A stretch of 63,255 nt of DNA, counting the filler, from Pirum gemmata (lineage: Eukaryota), in assembly GCA_002812295.1 (NCBI GenBank). It is 27 parts of 27 records of this genome, joined end to end, with 100 filler letters (N's around TTAATTAATTAA, not from the genome) between each part and the next. Parts side by side here need not be neighbours in the genome. Positions count along the whole stretch, not along the records: positions 35,466 to 37,513 come from PDIN01009065.1; positions 37,614 to 39,661 come from PDIN01009066.1; positions 39,762 to 42,437 come from PDIN01009067.1; positions 42,538 to 44,585 come from PDIN01009068.1; positions 44,686 to 46,733 come from PDIN01009069.1; positions 46,834 to 48,866 come from PDIN01009070.1; 21 more parts are not named here. One strand, given 5' to 3'. The position numbers were made by a program, and so were the translations under genes. Each line of letters begins with the position of its first letter. Within the stretch, counting starts at the first letter, position 1. The notes under the pieces were generated by a model. That model did not search any database and was not told the origin of the DNA. It saw only the letters and a program-made list of their open reading frames with translations. This document shows, piece after piece, positions 36,481 through 48,320 of the stretch.

Positions 36481-37613
36481 TATATTTTCTATCAAATTAT
36501 TTACAAAGACAAAATTGATATTCTACACCTAATCTATATAATAATATGTTTGATAGACTGTTGTGCAACTCTCTCAAGAAACATAGCAACAAAAAGCAAA
36601 AACGAAGATAAAAAATATACACCTATATAAAAGTCTAGATATAAAAGTCAATGTGGTTATGACTTTTTTGAGCTATCTCTTGTATAGAATTTCAAATATT
36701 TATATTTTTCGAGTCCGTAAATTTATTATCAATTTATAAAGACAACAAAAATTTCGAAAAAGAACTATGTACTTCTTTCGAATCTTAGTGACGTCATTCC
36801 ACGGTCTTGTAGAAAAGAAACAACTGTGCCTTTCATTTATTTTTCACCCCCAATATTTATTTGGAGGGTTATAATCTTTAATTTTGTCATTTTTAAATCA
36901 ATACATAAATAATAAAATATACCAAATTAAATTAAATGGCTTTATATTGTATTAATTTGGAGCAGTTAAACTCACCCCTTGACAACAACAAACAAACAGC
37001 CCTTGAAACAAAAAAAGACAAGAAAAAAAAAAAAGTGAGACAAAAAAAAAACAAGATTTCATATTGGTGAAATTCTTATTGGAGATTGGTTTCTTTTAAC
37101 TAATAACATGATTACGATTTAAATTACTTCAATTCTATCAATAATTTACTATACAGCCTCCTAGTTAGTAGGACTCTGATAGGCTTAGACCCCGAGCTTC
37201 TAGGCTCTAGCTAACCTCTCGACGCTAACCTTTCGACGCCTTTTTTAAAAATACCAAATTATTATTATGGAGACATGTTTTAATTAATTTGGTAGTTTAT
37301 ATTTAATTTTGTATTTTAAAAACAAGTTCAATTATACACTTAAATAGTACCAAATTAAAGATTGAGAGGATGTATCGATAATGAAATAGACTATCATAGC
37401 TAGATGATAAACCTAAACAGTACCTCTAGACCCAGCTAGTAGCTAGCTAGAAGTATAACAACAATATAACAGAATAATAGACTATCAGATAATAATAATA
37501 ATAATAATAATAANNNNNNNNNNNNNNNNNNNNNNNNNNNNNNNNNNNNNNNNNNNNTTAATTAATTAANNNNNNNNNNNNNNNNNNNNNNNNNNNNNNN
37601 NNNNNNNNNNNNN

Positions 37614-37740
37614 CGTCACGTCAAGGGGTAGGTAGGTAGGTAGTATTTGACCGGAAATTAACGTCGAGGGGTGGGTAGGTAAGGGTATTTGAAGCTGTAT
37701 TTGACCGGAAATTGGTGTTACTTAATATTTGAACGCTCCC
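37614..37740. mobile_element. MITE family A (Harbinger-like), one end lost in the gap
   Basis: Reverse complement of 5453-5575; ends ttgaacgctccc|taa. Confidence 0.75.
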
Positions 37741-38036
37741 TAAACACTTATTTTTTCTGTAATTTTTTATTTACGTGATTGAAAAAAACAGTAAAAAACG
37801 AATCAAATTATTAAATAAGCTTGAATGTTAAATATTTTAAAAAATTCTTGACCGAGAAGTTCTTAACATTAGGAACCAAGCTCTGGCTAGCTAGCTAGCT
37901 AGCTAGGAACACAGTAGCCTGTTTTTTTTTTTAATAATTTTTTTTTTAAAATAGCCAAAGTTGCCAAAAACCGAATAAAACTGTAGAAATCTTTTTTTTT
38001 AGACTTCTTTCCAAAAAACTATGATAGCCAAATTAT

Positions 38037-38253
38037 AGGAGGGATGAGATGACGTCATCTTACCAATTGGACGCCAGAAATTTGCCTAAAGTTACTATAA
38101 ATAGTATAATAAACTCTTTTTAAAGTAACTACTTAAATAAGTAGCTACTAAATAAATAATTACAAATACTAAATATGGTAGAGCGAAACAGGCGAACAAC
38201 ATTTACTTTGTGGCTCAGTCAAAAAAGTTCGCCATAAGAGTTCTCACCCTCCT
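38037..38253. mobile_element. AG...CT MITE with a perfect 8-bp TSD, nested in another repeat
   Basis: caaattat|aggagggatgaga ... tctcaccctcct|caaattat. The host repeat has a reverse copy without the insert at about 42145-42380. Confidence 0.85.
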
Positions 38254-38571
38254 CAAATTATTTTTTAAAACTTGCCAAATTATTTTTTAAAACTAGCCAT
38301 TGGTTCATAATAGAGTTTTTTTAGTCAAATAACTTCACATTATTTGGTAGTACTTTTATTAAAATTGGACTATTTTGATATTTTTTGGATTTGAGTTCAT
38401 ATGCTGATGTCGCCATTTTTATCTGGTTTGGTAGTTAAAATAATATGACTGTAGTCTATGTAATAATATTATAAATATGCATAGCGAAACAAATAATGAT
38501 GACGTAACTATTACCTTTAAAAGTAGATTTTATCTTGACTATTACGTCATTATAATATAGTAGTAGAAATA

Positions 38572-38737
38572 AGTAGGGGTGAGATATCTACTGGAACTTT
38601 TTTCGAATAGATGCTTATCGAGCCAACCTTAGTTCCGTGTTTTTACTAATAATAGCACTTAAATAGCTTAAAATAGTAAATCTAATAGTTCCGGCAGCTG
38701 TTCGGTAATAATAAAATGACGTCATCTTACCCCTACT
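38572..38737. mobile_element. MITE family H, full copy with a 7/8-matching TSD
   Basis: tagaaata|agtaggggtgagat ... atcttacccctact|tagaaatg. Confidence 0.85.
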
Positions 38738-39099
38738 TAGAAATGTTACTAGCTACTTTTTGTTTGTTAGTGTTGTATAGATAATTGTGGAATTTTATAG
38801 AAAAGCCAATCAATTGATAATAAAAAGATAAGCACGTTGATTGGTCGATTTTATTTTTAACTTGTATGCAAATTAACCAATCATTGTTAGTTATTATTGA
38901 TGTTAAATTTTAGTTTAGTTTATAAATATTTTTTTTTAAAAAAAAAAATTTATAACTTTTTTTTACCCTATTAAACCCTAACCCTAACCCTAACCCTAAC
39001 CCTAACCTTAACCCTAACCCTAACCCTAACCCTAACCTTAACTAACCCCCTAACCCTAACCCTAACCCTAACCCTAAACTAAATACTAAATTTATAATT

Positions 39100-39400
39100 T
39101 TTATTTATTCATATAGATCGAATCCTCTTCGAGCCCGAAAACTCGAATCTCTGCTGGCGAAAAAAAGGCCGAAATTTAGCCGTGTTCGAAATATATTTTT
39201 CCATTTTTTCGGGTTTATAAATAAATAAATATATTTAAATACTTAACCGTTAGCTTAAAATTTTCGAACTTATTTAATTAATGCGAAAATTCGTTAGTTC
39301 AAAAGTTATTCATCATTGTTTTAGACTATGTTCGAAAATTATAGAATCCACTTCGAGTAGCGCTCCTGAAATGTTATTTTTGCACCTAATTTTTTTTTAA
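39100..39400. repeat. Dispersed repeat family G, containing family-D-like internal sequence (other copy at about 62420-62590)
   Basis: Shared gatcgaatcctctt and agttcaaaagttattcatcattgtttt..tagaatccacttcgagtagcg. Confidence 0.75.
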
Positions 39401-41226
39401 ACTACCAAAAAAAGTTTTTACATATAATTAGTCTTTTTTTTAATAGCTCCAAAACTTACCAATTTATTTTCTGACTGGGTCTAACTAAACGACAAAAAAA
39501 AAATCTAGCTCGACTTTTATTTTGTCATTTCGAATATTTATTTGGCTGTTTATAATATTTAAATTGATACTTTTTAAATAAACGAATATATAATAAAACA
39601 TACCAAATTAAATAAAATGGATTTATATTGTGTTAATTTGGTACTATTTATTGTATGTTTTNNNNNNNNNNNNNNNNNNNNNNNNNNNNNNNNNNNNNNN
39701 NNNNNTTAATTAATTAANNNNNNNNNNNNNNNNNNNNNNNNNNNNNNNNNNNNNNNNNNNNTTAGGGTTAGGGTTAGGGTTAGGGTTAGGGTTAGGGTTA
39801 GGGTTAGGGTTAGGGTTAGGGTTAGCAGAGGGTTAAAGTGGGTTTTAACCATTACCTGTAATTAGCAGTCTAGCCTTCTGTGACCATTTCTTTGAAACGA
39901 AATTATAAATAGATGGGATTTTTTTTCTTTTTCAAAACAATGTTTTTTCATTGAGAAAGATCCGATTTCTATCGAGTTGGAAATGTTCAGATCGAAAGGG
40001 TTCATTCACACAATCACCTAGTGAGTCAATACTTAAAATTTAATCGAAAAGTTTAAAAAGTTCGAACTTGTCTCGATTCGATAATTTTTCCCGTATCTCC
40101 TATATCATACTAGCTAGCTAGTAGCTTGGCAGCCTTAGCTAAAAAAAGCCGCTAGCCACCACGAAATCCACCAATACAAAGCCAATACAATCCAGGAGAC
40201 CGCGACCGCAGTGCCGCCACTGCCAGTGCTGAAACCGATTTACTGAAATCAATCAAAGTTGACTGTCAGAAAACGTTGACCAACAATATATAGTAACCCT
40301 AACCCTAACCCTAACCCTAACCCTGTTAAACCCTAACCCTAACCCTAACCCTAATCCTAATCCTAATCCTAACCCTAATCCTAATCCTAATCCTAACCCT
40401 AACCCTAACCCTAACCCTAACCCTACTTTATGATATGATATATGATAACAAGAACCTTGGGTATAGATATAATATAACGAGGGGTTTATCATATATAATT
40501 ATAATGACTCTATATTAAATAGTAAGAAAATAGAAATTGTTTGTCAAATATGTTTAACTTTTGACTAGCTTTTATATCATTGTATATCATTAATTAATTA
40601 TTAAATATCACATATTATAATAACCTTGCTTAGCAGCAGCTTATGTGTTTATAACTAAAAAAATTTACCATACAGTAATTTTGAGACCTACCACAGTAAT
40701 TGTTGTACTTTCGTAGTTTTACTATGCATACTTATGCATACATATAATTTGATAATTATAATGTTTATTTCAGTTTTTGATCAGGACAAAACAGGATAAA
40801 ACTATTGCAAAAATTTCATACAAACAACTTGACCCTAATAATAATAATAACCCTTTAAGTTACAACTCTAAATTATACGAACAATTTTTAAACCCCTTAT
40901 AATAGACTAACCCTCAAAGTTATAATTACAACCCTAAATTTCCGGTCCCTGACCCCAACCCTAACCCCAACCCTAACCCCAACCCTAACCCTAACCCTAA
41001 CCCTAACCTTAACCTTTAACCCTAACCGTAACCCGAATTAACCCTAACCGTAACCCGAATTAATTATAACCCTAACCCTAACCCTAACCCTAACCCTAAC
41101 CCTAACCCTAACCCTAACCCTAACCCTAACCCTAACCCTAACTAACCCCCCAATAAGTTAGATCCTATTATGATAAGAATAAGTCTTGACAGGCCCACAA
41201 CTAATCTATATCATAGTCTAGTAGTA

Positions 41227-41411
41227 TAGTGCTTTTCAGTTATTTTGTCACCATGAAATATACAATAAATAGTACCAAATAAATACAATATAAGTCCATT
41301 TATTATATTGTGGTATATTTTATTATCTATTTATTGATTTAAAAATGTCAATTTAAATATTATAACCCTCCAAATAAATATTCAAAGTGGCAAAATAAAT
41401 GAAAAGCACGA
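41227..41411. mobile_element. MITE family B, full copy
   Basis: ta|tagtgcttttcagttattttgtca ... tggcaaaataaatgaaaagcacga|ta. Confidence 0.88.
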
Positions 41412-43257
41412 TAGTAGTCTCGTGTTTTTCAATTATTGTTTTAATTAATTAGGTATTTTTTATTTAATATTGTATTGTATAAAAAAGTACAATTATATCG
41501 TGCTTTTCANATTGTGGTATATTTTATTATCTATTTATTGATTTAAAAATGTCAATTTAAATATTATAACCCTCCAAATAAATATTCAAAGTGGCAAAAT
41601 AAATGAAAAGCACGATAGTAGTCTCGTGTTTTTCAATTATTGTTTTAATTAATTAGGTATTTTTTATTTNNNNNNNNNNNNNNNNNNNNNNNNNNNNNNN
41701 NNNNNNNNNNNNNNNNNNNNNNNNNNNNNNNNNNNNNNNNNNNNNNNNNNNNNNNNNNNNNNNNNNNNNNNNNNNNNNNNNNNNNNNNNNNNNNNNNNNN
41801 NNNNNNNNNNNNNNNNNNNNNNNNNNNNNNNNNNNNNNNNNNNNNNNNNNNNNNNNNNNNNNNNNNNNNNNNNNNNNNNNNNNNNNNNNNNNNNNNNNNN
41901 NNNNNNNNNNNNNNNNNNTATTATCTTTATTATTGTTATTATTGTTGTTATTGTTATTCTTTTTTTAATTTGTATGAAAAAAGGCTCATTTTTATATCTT
42001 TTCGAATTCAAATATTTATAATAATTAATTAATATAAGAAATGATATAATAAATAATAAAATAATAATAATAATAATAATAATAATATCATAATAATAAT
42101 GTTATACACTGTTATACGATAAGATAAATTTTTTTATTATATGTACCCAAGCCGGATAAAAATTGCGATGTACGCTATATGAACTCAAAAAACCAAGAAA
42201 TCTCAAAATGATCTAATTTTAATGAAAGTGCTACCAAATTTTGAGAAATTGTCTAACTAAGAAAACTCTATTACGAACCAATAGTTAGTTTTAAAAAATA
42301 ATTTGGCTATAGTTAGAAACTTAACATTTTAAAGGTTTTTTAAAATAGAAAAAAGTCTAAAAAAAAGTTTCTACAGTTTTTTATGCTGCGCCTGTAAAAA
42401 ATTAATAATGATAAAGATTATTTATTATAAATTTATANNNNNNNNNNNNNNNNNNNNNNNNNNNNNNNNNNNNNNNNNNNNTTAATTAATTAANNNNNNN
42501 NNNNNNNNNNNNNNNNNNNNNNNNNNNNNNNNNNNNNTTATTAATATTATTATTAACAATAATATTATTATAGGCTGTCTTTTTTTTGTTAAAATTTCGT
42601 TTACCTTTATTGCTTATATATAAATTAAAAAATAGTTCATATTCGATAAAAAAAGGCCTGAATAATAGCCTAAATAGGTTAATTACTTTACAAATGGGTA
42701 TAGTATGTAAGTATCAATTGTTGAATTTCAAATTCAATGTTAGCTAACACAAAAAGCATTCTTTAAAATAAAGAAAAACTCTCGAGAATAACTCCTAATT
42801 TGATTAATCATTTCAAAATTTTTTTAGATCATTTTACATAGGTGTAAATCATTAGATTTTCACTTCAAATTTACACATCAAAGTTGGGTTTCATAAAATT
42901 ATTAGTGAAAGAAATATGAAAAAACTAAACCTGTTCAAAATCATTAATTGCATCACAGATACAAACTCAAATATTAATAATACTTCTTTACAGAAGTCAA
43001 CAGATTCGATAGGGTTTATCAAAATGATTTTACTGTTATTTTTTATTGGCGTTATTTAAAAATCATTGAACTTAAACTCATGATCAATTTAAAAAAATGC
43101 CTATAACCCTAAAAAACAATTGATTAAAAGTTGTAATGTTATATGTAGTTTTGTTTTTCTAATTTAAATGTTTTTGTTAAATAATTTAATCTTAATTTTT
43201 TATAAGTTAATTTAACATTTTCTGATAAGAAAAATCTATTGAATCTATGATGGTTGA

Positions 43258-44340
43258 TTTTTTTTTTTTTTTTTTTTCAAGAAAGATTTATTAATTACAA
43301 ATTAATTAATCCAAGGAGGTTACAAAAAAATTCCTTCTGTTTTTCCATATACTATAATGAAGTTTTGTGATATTTTTTAAAATTTCACTATTATCATTAT
43401 CTAATATACAATCGTTGAACCTATTAACATAAAAGCATGAAAATCATTTTCTTCAATTGTTGTTGTACTATATTGTGTTATTTGAAGAGTTTCGTTTAAC
43501 TCATCAAAAGTTATATGTTCAAATTTCTCTAATTTTGGAATTTTGATTCTCCATAAAATATGCTATCATAAAAAACAGGTTCAAAACGTTCCATAACTAT
43601 TTTTTAACTGTGTTCACGTACATTTTTGCACGTATTTTGGAAAGTTATTTTTCTGTTATTAATTATTTTTTTCTAAGTTTCATCATCTTGTTCCACAAAC
43701 CATAGATTTTGGATGTTGTAATTTTTTATAAATATTTTTAACATTATAACTTAAAAAGGATCTGTCAAATTTTTTATGTAAAGCACAAAAATTTGGTTGT
43801 TCCATTTTTTGTATTATGTTTTCAATTTCTTTTGTAGGTATTTCTTTTATATTTTTATTTGTTAATTTATAAAAATGATTTTCAGCTTCAGGCCAAGGTA
43901 AAATTTGGCCTATTAGCTTACCTGATTCATAAATCATTTTACTTGTAAAAGTTGTTTGTAAGAAATCATATTTGAAAATAATGAGAAAAAACGTGTTGCC
44001 ATTTCGTTTATTGATTATATATAAATTTGTGAAAAAAAATACATACACTATTAACTATCACAAAATGGAGTTTATTATGATGATATACCATTTGATTTTA
44101 AATGGTATATCGTATAAAATTTTTTCTTTATCAAAATTTTCCACAAACAAACAATATAGACAAAAGTCACCTCCTGTATGGATAATTGATTCATAGAAAA
44201 ATTTCCAAAAAATTCTCAACATTCGATTTTTACATACAAAAAGCCGTAAAATTTCCGGTTTTTTTTTTGTTGTTGTTAACATTTTTTTTATTATTATTCA
44301 AAAACATTTATTTAAAAATTTTAAATAAATTAACGGAGGT
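43258..44340 (-). mobile_element. Decayed 3' part of a retroposed element, probably an L1/Tx1-like ORF2 C-terminus with a poly(A) tail
   Basis: Broken frames (FFTNLYIINKRNGNTFF..LPWPEAENHF). AATAAA at 43292-43287 followed by an A-tail at 43277-43258 on the minus strand. No RT motifs visible. Confidence 0.45.
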
Positions 44341-45370
44341 ATAAAAATTAAAACCTCAACATTTCGTTTATTGATTATATATAAATTTGTGAAAAAATAC
44401 ATATTTCCGGTTTTTTTTGTTGACATTTCGTTTATTGTTTATACATAAATTTAATATGTAATACCCATTTTCATGTAATACCCATTTTCAAAACCAAGTT
44501 ACAACCCAGATTCCATTATTCTATTTTCATTTTTGTTATTTAAACTTAAATTTTTGTAGGTTAATTTGATATTTTTTTTTTTGTTNNNNNNNNNNNNNNN
44601 NNNNNNNNNNNNNNNNNNNNNNNNNNNNNTTAATTAATTAANNNNNNNNNNNNNNNNNNNNNNNNNNNNNNNNNNNNNNNNNNNNGGTAAACCAAAGTGT
44701 ACTATTTCAAGTACTACGCACAAAAAAAGAATACGATGACCTAAGAAGAAAAACAATTGTATTATTGTTATAATAATAATAATAATAGTAATAATAATAA
44801 TAATGATAATGATAATAATGATAATAATAAATAAATAAATAAATAGATAAATAAATAAATAAATAATAAATGAATAAATAAACAAATGAATAAATGGGTT
44901 GTTATTGTTATTGTTATTGTTATTGTTATTGTTATTGTTATTGTTATTGTTATTGTTAATATTTATTTTTATTTTTAATTTTTTTACCCTTTTTTATTTT
45001 TAATTTTTTTACCCTTTTTTTCATTCTTTCATGATATTTTACAAAATGCATATAAATGCAAGGACCCAGTTTATTATTATTCTAAATAACAAAACAAACA
45101 AGCAACAAATTTTAATTTAAACAAGCAACATTTTATTTTTATTTTTAATTTTTTTACCCTTTTTTTCATTCTTTCATAATATTTTACAAAATGCATAGAA
45201 ATATTGTGGTAAACCAAAGTGTACTATTTCAAGTACTACGCACAAAAAAAGAATACGATGACCTAAGAAGAAAAACAATTGTATTATTGTTATAATAATA
45301 ATAATAATAGTAATAAAGTTATGACAAAGTTTTATCTTATAGGGCTGCCCAGCTAGCCTTAAAACATATC

Positions 45371-46576
45371 ATGTGCACAAACAACTCATGGGAATACAAC
45401 GATAGAGTTCAACGAGTACTAGATAACACACAACATATCCCTACATGCTTGAGTGATATACAGGAATCTGCTTTAATAGATGAAATGGGATTGTGTGAAG
45501 AAATCATTTTGTCTTATACTCAGCGACAATTTAATAATAAAAAGGGCTGTTTAACCGATGTACTTAGGAATGCACACATGACTAGATACATGATATGGAT
45601 GGATTACCCGGAATTTCAAGATTTGTTCTGTTTAATGCGCCCGGCAATGATTTTAGAATTTTCGCGAACACCAATAAACGATTTTAATAAAGATTACAAA
45701 GAAGGTATGCTCTTTTTGGAACTAATACTATTTATGACATTGTTACGGCTACGACAAGGCGTATCCTATAGATTTTTGTCAGGCCTCACAAATTTTTCGT
45801 ATGGTTACATTTGTAAACGAGTCAATACGACTATTAAATTATTAGATGACATGATAGAATACAGAAATTTCGAAGTTGGTGTTTTTTCAAAATGGGCAGA
45901 AGAATTTTATGAGAACATACAGCTACAATCGCAAAGCTTCTACGCCGGGTTGATAGCAGATTGTGCTTATATGGCAATACCCAGGCCTTTAGATGAAGTA
46001 ATGCAAGGTTTGTATTATACAGGTTATAAAAAGATTCATGCATTGAAATTAACTGTTATTATATCAACCGCCCGAAAAATTATTGTTGCTATCCTGCTAT
46101 CTATAGGCAGGACTTCTGATTTCAGAGCATTAGAAGATGCAAACGAATTCCAGTCGCGTTTAGAAAGAGAAGACGAAATGGTAAAGCAAATTTCGAACAG
46201 CGAATATAAAAAACTACAAATTTTAGGAGATAAGGCTTACATTATTGCCGGTGACGACAGCCGTTATGTAACGCCTCATAAAGAAAATGAAATAGCTTAT
46301 TACAAAGGGCTATTAAAGGGCAAGTTTACGGAAACTGACATCCAAAATGCATTCGGTGGTTTCAATAAACAGCATTCTCAAAAAAGAATTTTAGTTGAGA
46401 ATGTAATTGGTGATTTATCGAAATGGTCAGCATTTCGTGGTTCAACACAAAAGAAATTTCAAGAAGACATGGAAAATTTAGAAAGAAATCTTCGGGTAGT
46501 TCAAATTTTACAAAATTTTATTTATAAAAAGAGAGGACATAATATCCCAAATCCTAATCACAAATATAGCTTCTAA
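45371..46576 (+). CDS. PIF/Harbinger-superfamily (ISL2EU/HARBI1-like, DDE_Tnp_4) transposase, apparently intact
   Basis: HTH segment LFMTLLRLRQGVSYRFLSGLTNFS. Catalytic motifs GLIADCAYMAIPRP, YTGYKKIHALK, GRTSD, ILGDKAY and FNKQHSQKRILVENVIGDL. A possible acceptor at 45342 suggests a 5' exon. Confidence 0.92.
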   Translation: MCTNNSWEYNDRVQRVLDNTQHIPTCLSDIQESALIDEMGLCEEIILSYTQRQFNNKKGCLTDVLRNAHMTRYMIWMDYPEFQDLFCLMRPAMILEFSRTPINDFNKDYKEGMLFLELILFMTLLRLRQGVSYRFLSGLTNFSYGYICKRVNTTIKLLDDMIEYRNFEVGVFSKWAEEFYENIQLQSQSFYAGLIADCAYMAIPRPLDEVMQGLYYTGYKKIHALKLTVIISTARKIIVAILLSIGRTSDFRALEDANEFQSRLEREDEMVKQISNSEYKKLQILGDKAYIIAGDDSRYVTPHKENEIAYYKGLLKGKFTETDIQNAFGGFNKQHSQKRILVENVIGDLSKWSAFRGSTQKKFQEDMENLERNLRVVQILQNFIYKKRGHNIPNPNHKYSF

Positions 46577-46732
46577 GTTTCGTCTGTAATGTCAGTTATT
46601 TTATTATTTGCGTTAAACTCTAGCTTTCGTGCTTTTCTTCTTTCTTTTAATCTGAACTTACTGTCATCATACTTTGTTAAAAGAGCATCGAAATCATCTT
46701 TACCTGTTAACATACCAAAACCAATAATCGTT
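46573..46732 (-). CDS. 3' end of a convergent ORF, putative second (accessory) gene of the transposon
   Basis: TIIGFGMLTGKDDFDALLTKYDDSKFRLKERRKARKLEFNANNKITDITDET*. Its TAG (46575-46573) overlaps the transposase TAA. Confidence 0.6.
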
Positions 46733-46833
46733 GNNNNNNNNNNNNNNNNNNNNNNNNNNNNNNNNNNNNNNNNNNNNTTAATTAATTAANNNNNNNNNNN
46801 NNNNNNNNNNNNNNNNNNNNNNNNNNNNNNNNN

Positions 46834-47580
46834 TTAAAGTCCAAACCACTAGTAGTAGTAACACCTCCAAATAGTTGGAATCTACAAGTGATCATGGCAA
46901 ACAGTAGTATAAAAAACATAGAAGAAAACTTAAAACTCAAAACTCAAAAAAAAAAAAAAAAAACTAAAAACTAAAAACACAAAAAAAAAAAAAAAAAAAC
47001 TTTTAATGATAGCAACCTAAATAACCTTTGGAATATAGATCAAAATGAATGGGAAGAGATAATTAAAAATAGAAGAATTAATACAAAATAACTATCTAAA
47101 ATTCTAAAAAGTCACATATGGATACTAACCCAAAGAAAACCAGCAAGACAGTGGACGTCGAACCCCAACCTTTTCAATTTTATACTGTTCCAAAGAATTT
47201 CCCACCAGAAGTCAAACTAAAAATCTTTAAACATAGACAAACCTTTAAGACTAGACTAGCTAGAATGGCTAACTTGCATCAAAAAAATATTACATAAAAA
47301 TTCGAATATAGACAATAGCTCCAACAACATCCACAACAACGACTACAACGCTATATATAACACCAGGAACAAAGGTTAAAAACCAATATTTCTACAACTA
47401 AAGAACAATACAATTGCTTATCATAAGACTATACATTCTGGTATTATCATGAAAAGTACAACAAGCTAAAACCAAATGACAATCTAATCATTAACTTTTA
47501 AACCAAAGTACTATGGAACAAATCAACAAATTACAAAACTTTATAACTGTAACCTACTGCTATGATACTTCTTTTACTAT
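46834..47580 (+). mobile_element. Decayed dispersed coding-like repeat, probably a non-LTR retrotransposon 3' region (copy 1)
   Basis: Broken frames LWNIDQNEWEEIIKN..LKSHIWILTQRKP. A CQYC motif can be reconstructed with the help of copy 2, resembling the zinc-binding region downstream of RT. Copies at 57170-57945 (reverse) and 60870-61050. Confidence 0.55.
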
Positions 47581-48056
47581 NTTAGGGTTAGGGTTAGGGT
47601 TAGGGTTAGGGTTAGGGTTAGGGTAGACTAAAGAACAATACAATTGCTTATCATAAGACTATACATTCTGGTATTATCATGAAAAGTACAACAAGCTAAA
47701 ACCAAATGACAATCTAATCATTAACTTTTAAACCAAAGTACTATGGAACAAATCAACAAATTACAAAACTTTATAACTGTAACCTACTGCTATGATACTT
47801 CTTTTACTATCTAATTATTATTATGGTTGAACTATTAGACATTTATATTTAATGTTGTATATTATATCATACCAAATTATTATTATTGGACATTTTTTAA
47901 TTAATTTGGTATGTTTTATTTAATGTTTTATTTTATAAACAAGTTCAATTATATACTTAGACAGTACCAAATTAAAAAGATTGAGAGGAGAACTGTAATG
48001 AACAACTCTGATAGCTACTAGTCTAGTCTAGAATGAAACTGAAGCTAGCTAGATCA

Positions 48057-48320
48057 TCGTGTTTTTCAGTTGTTTTGTCATCTGTTGAGGTGTTACTATA
48101 TTTGGTATTTATAATAACATATATACATACCATATATGTATATATAAATACCAAATATAGTAACACCTCAACACATCATAAAATATACAATAAAAAGTAC
48201 CAAATTAATACAATAAAAATCCATTTTATTTAATTTGGTACACTTTATTATATATTTATTCATTTAAAAATGACAATTTAAATATTATAACAAACCAAAT
48301 AAATATTCTGAGTGACAATG
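48057..48320. mobile_element. MITE family B copy carrying a nested insertion
   Basis: Family B sequence resumes after a 91-bp insert. Confidence 0.85.
48083..48173. mobile_element. Ginger-like mini element: TGT...ACA ends, 31-bp perfect TIR, 4-bp TSD CATC
   Basis: catc|tgttgaggtgttactatatttggtatttata ... tataaataccaaatatagtaacacctcaaca|catc. The empty site gtcatcataaaa is seen in the 59366 copy. Confidence 0.88.

Noticed and set aside
39762..39825. TTAGGG arrays at contig edges as true chromosome ends or nanochromosomes
   Set aside because: The orientation is often wrong for an end, the arrays are degenerate, and many lie inside introns. Contigs simply break at repeats.
40140..40250. GC-richer patch as an exon
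   Set aside because: No convincing splice pair or recognisable motif.
45834..46043. Antisense ORFs over the transposase, M6, LRR and 17892 regions
   Set aside because: They are shadows of real coding sequence on the opposite strand.
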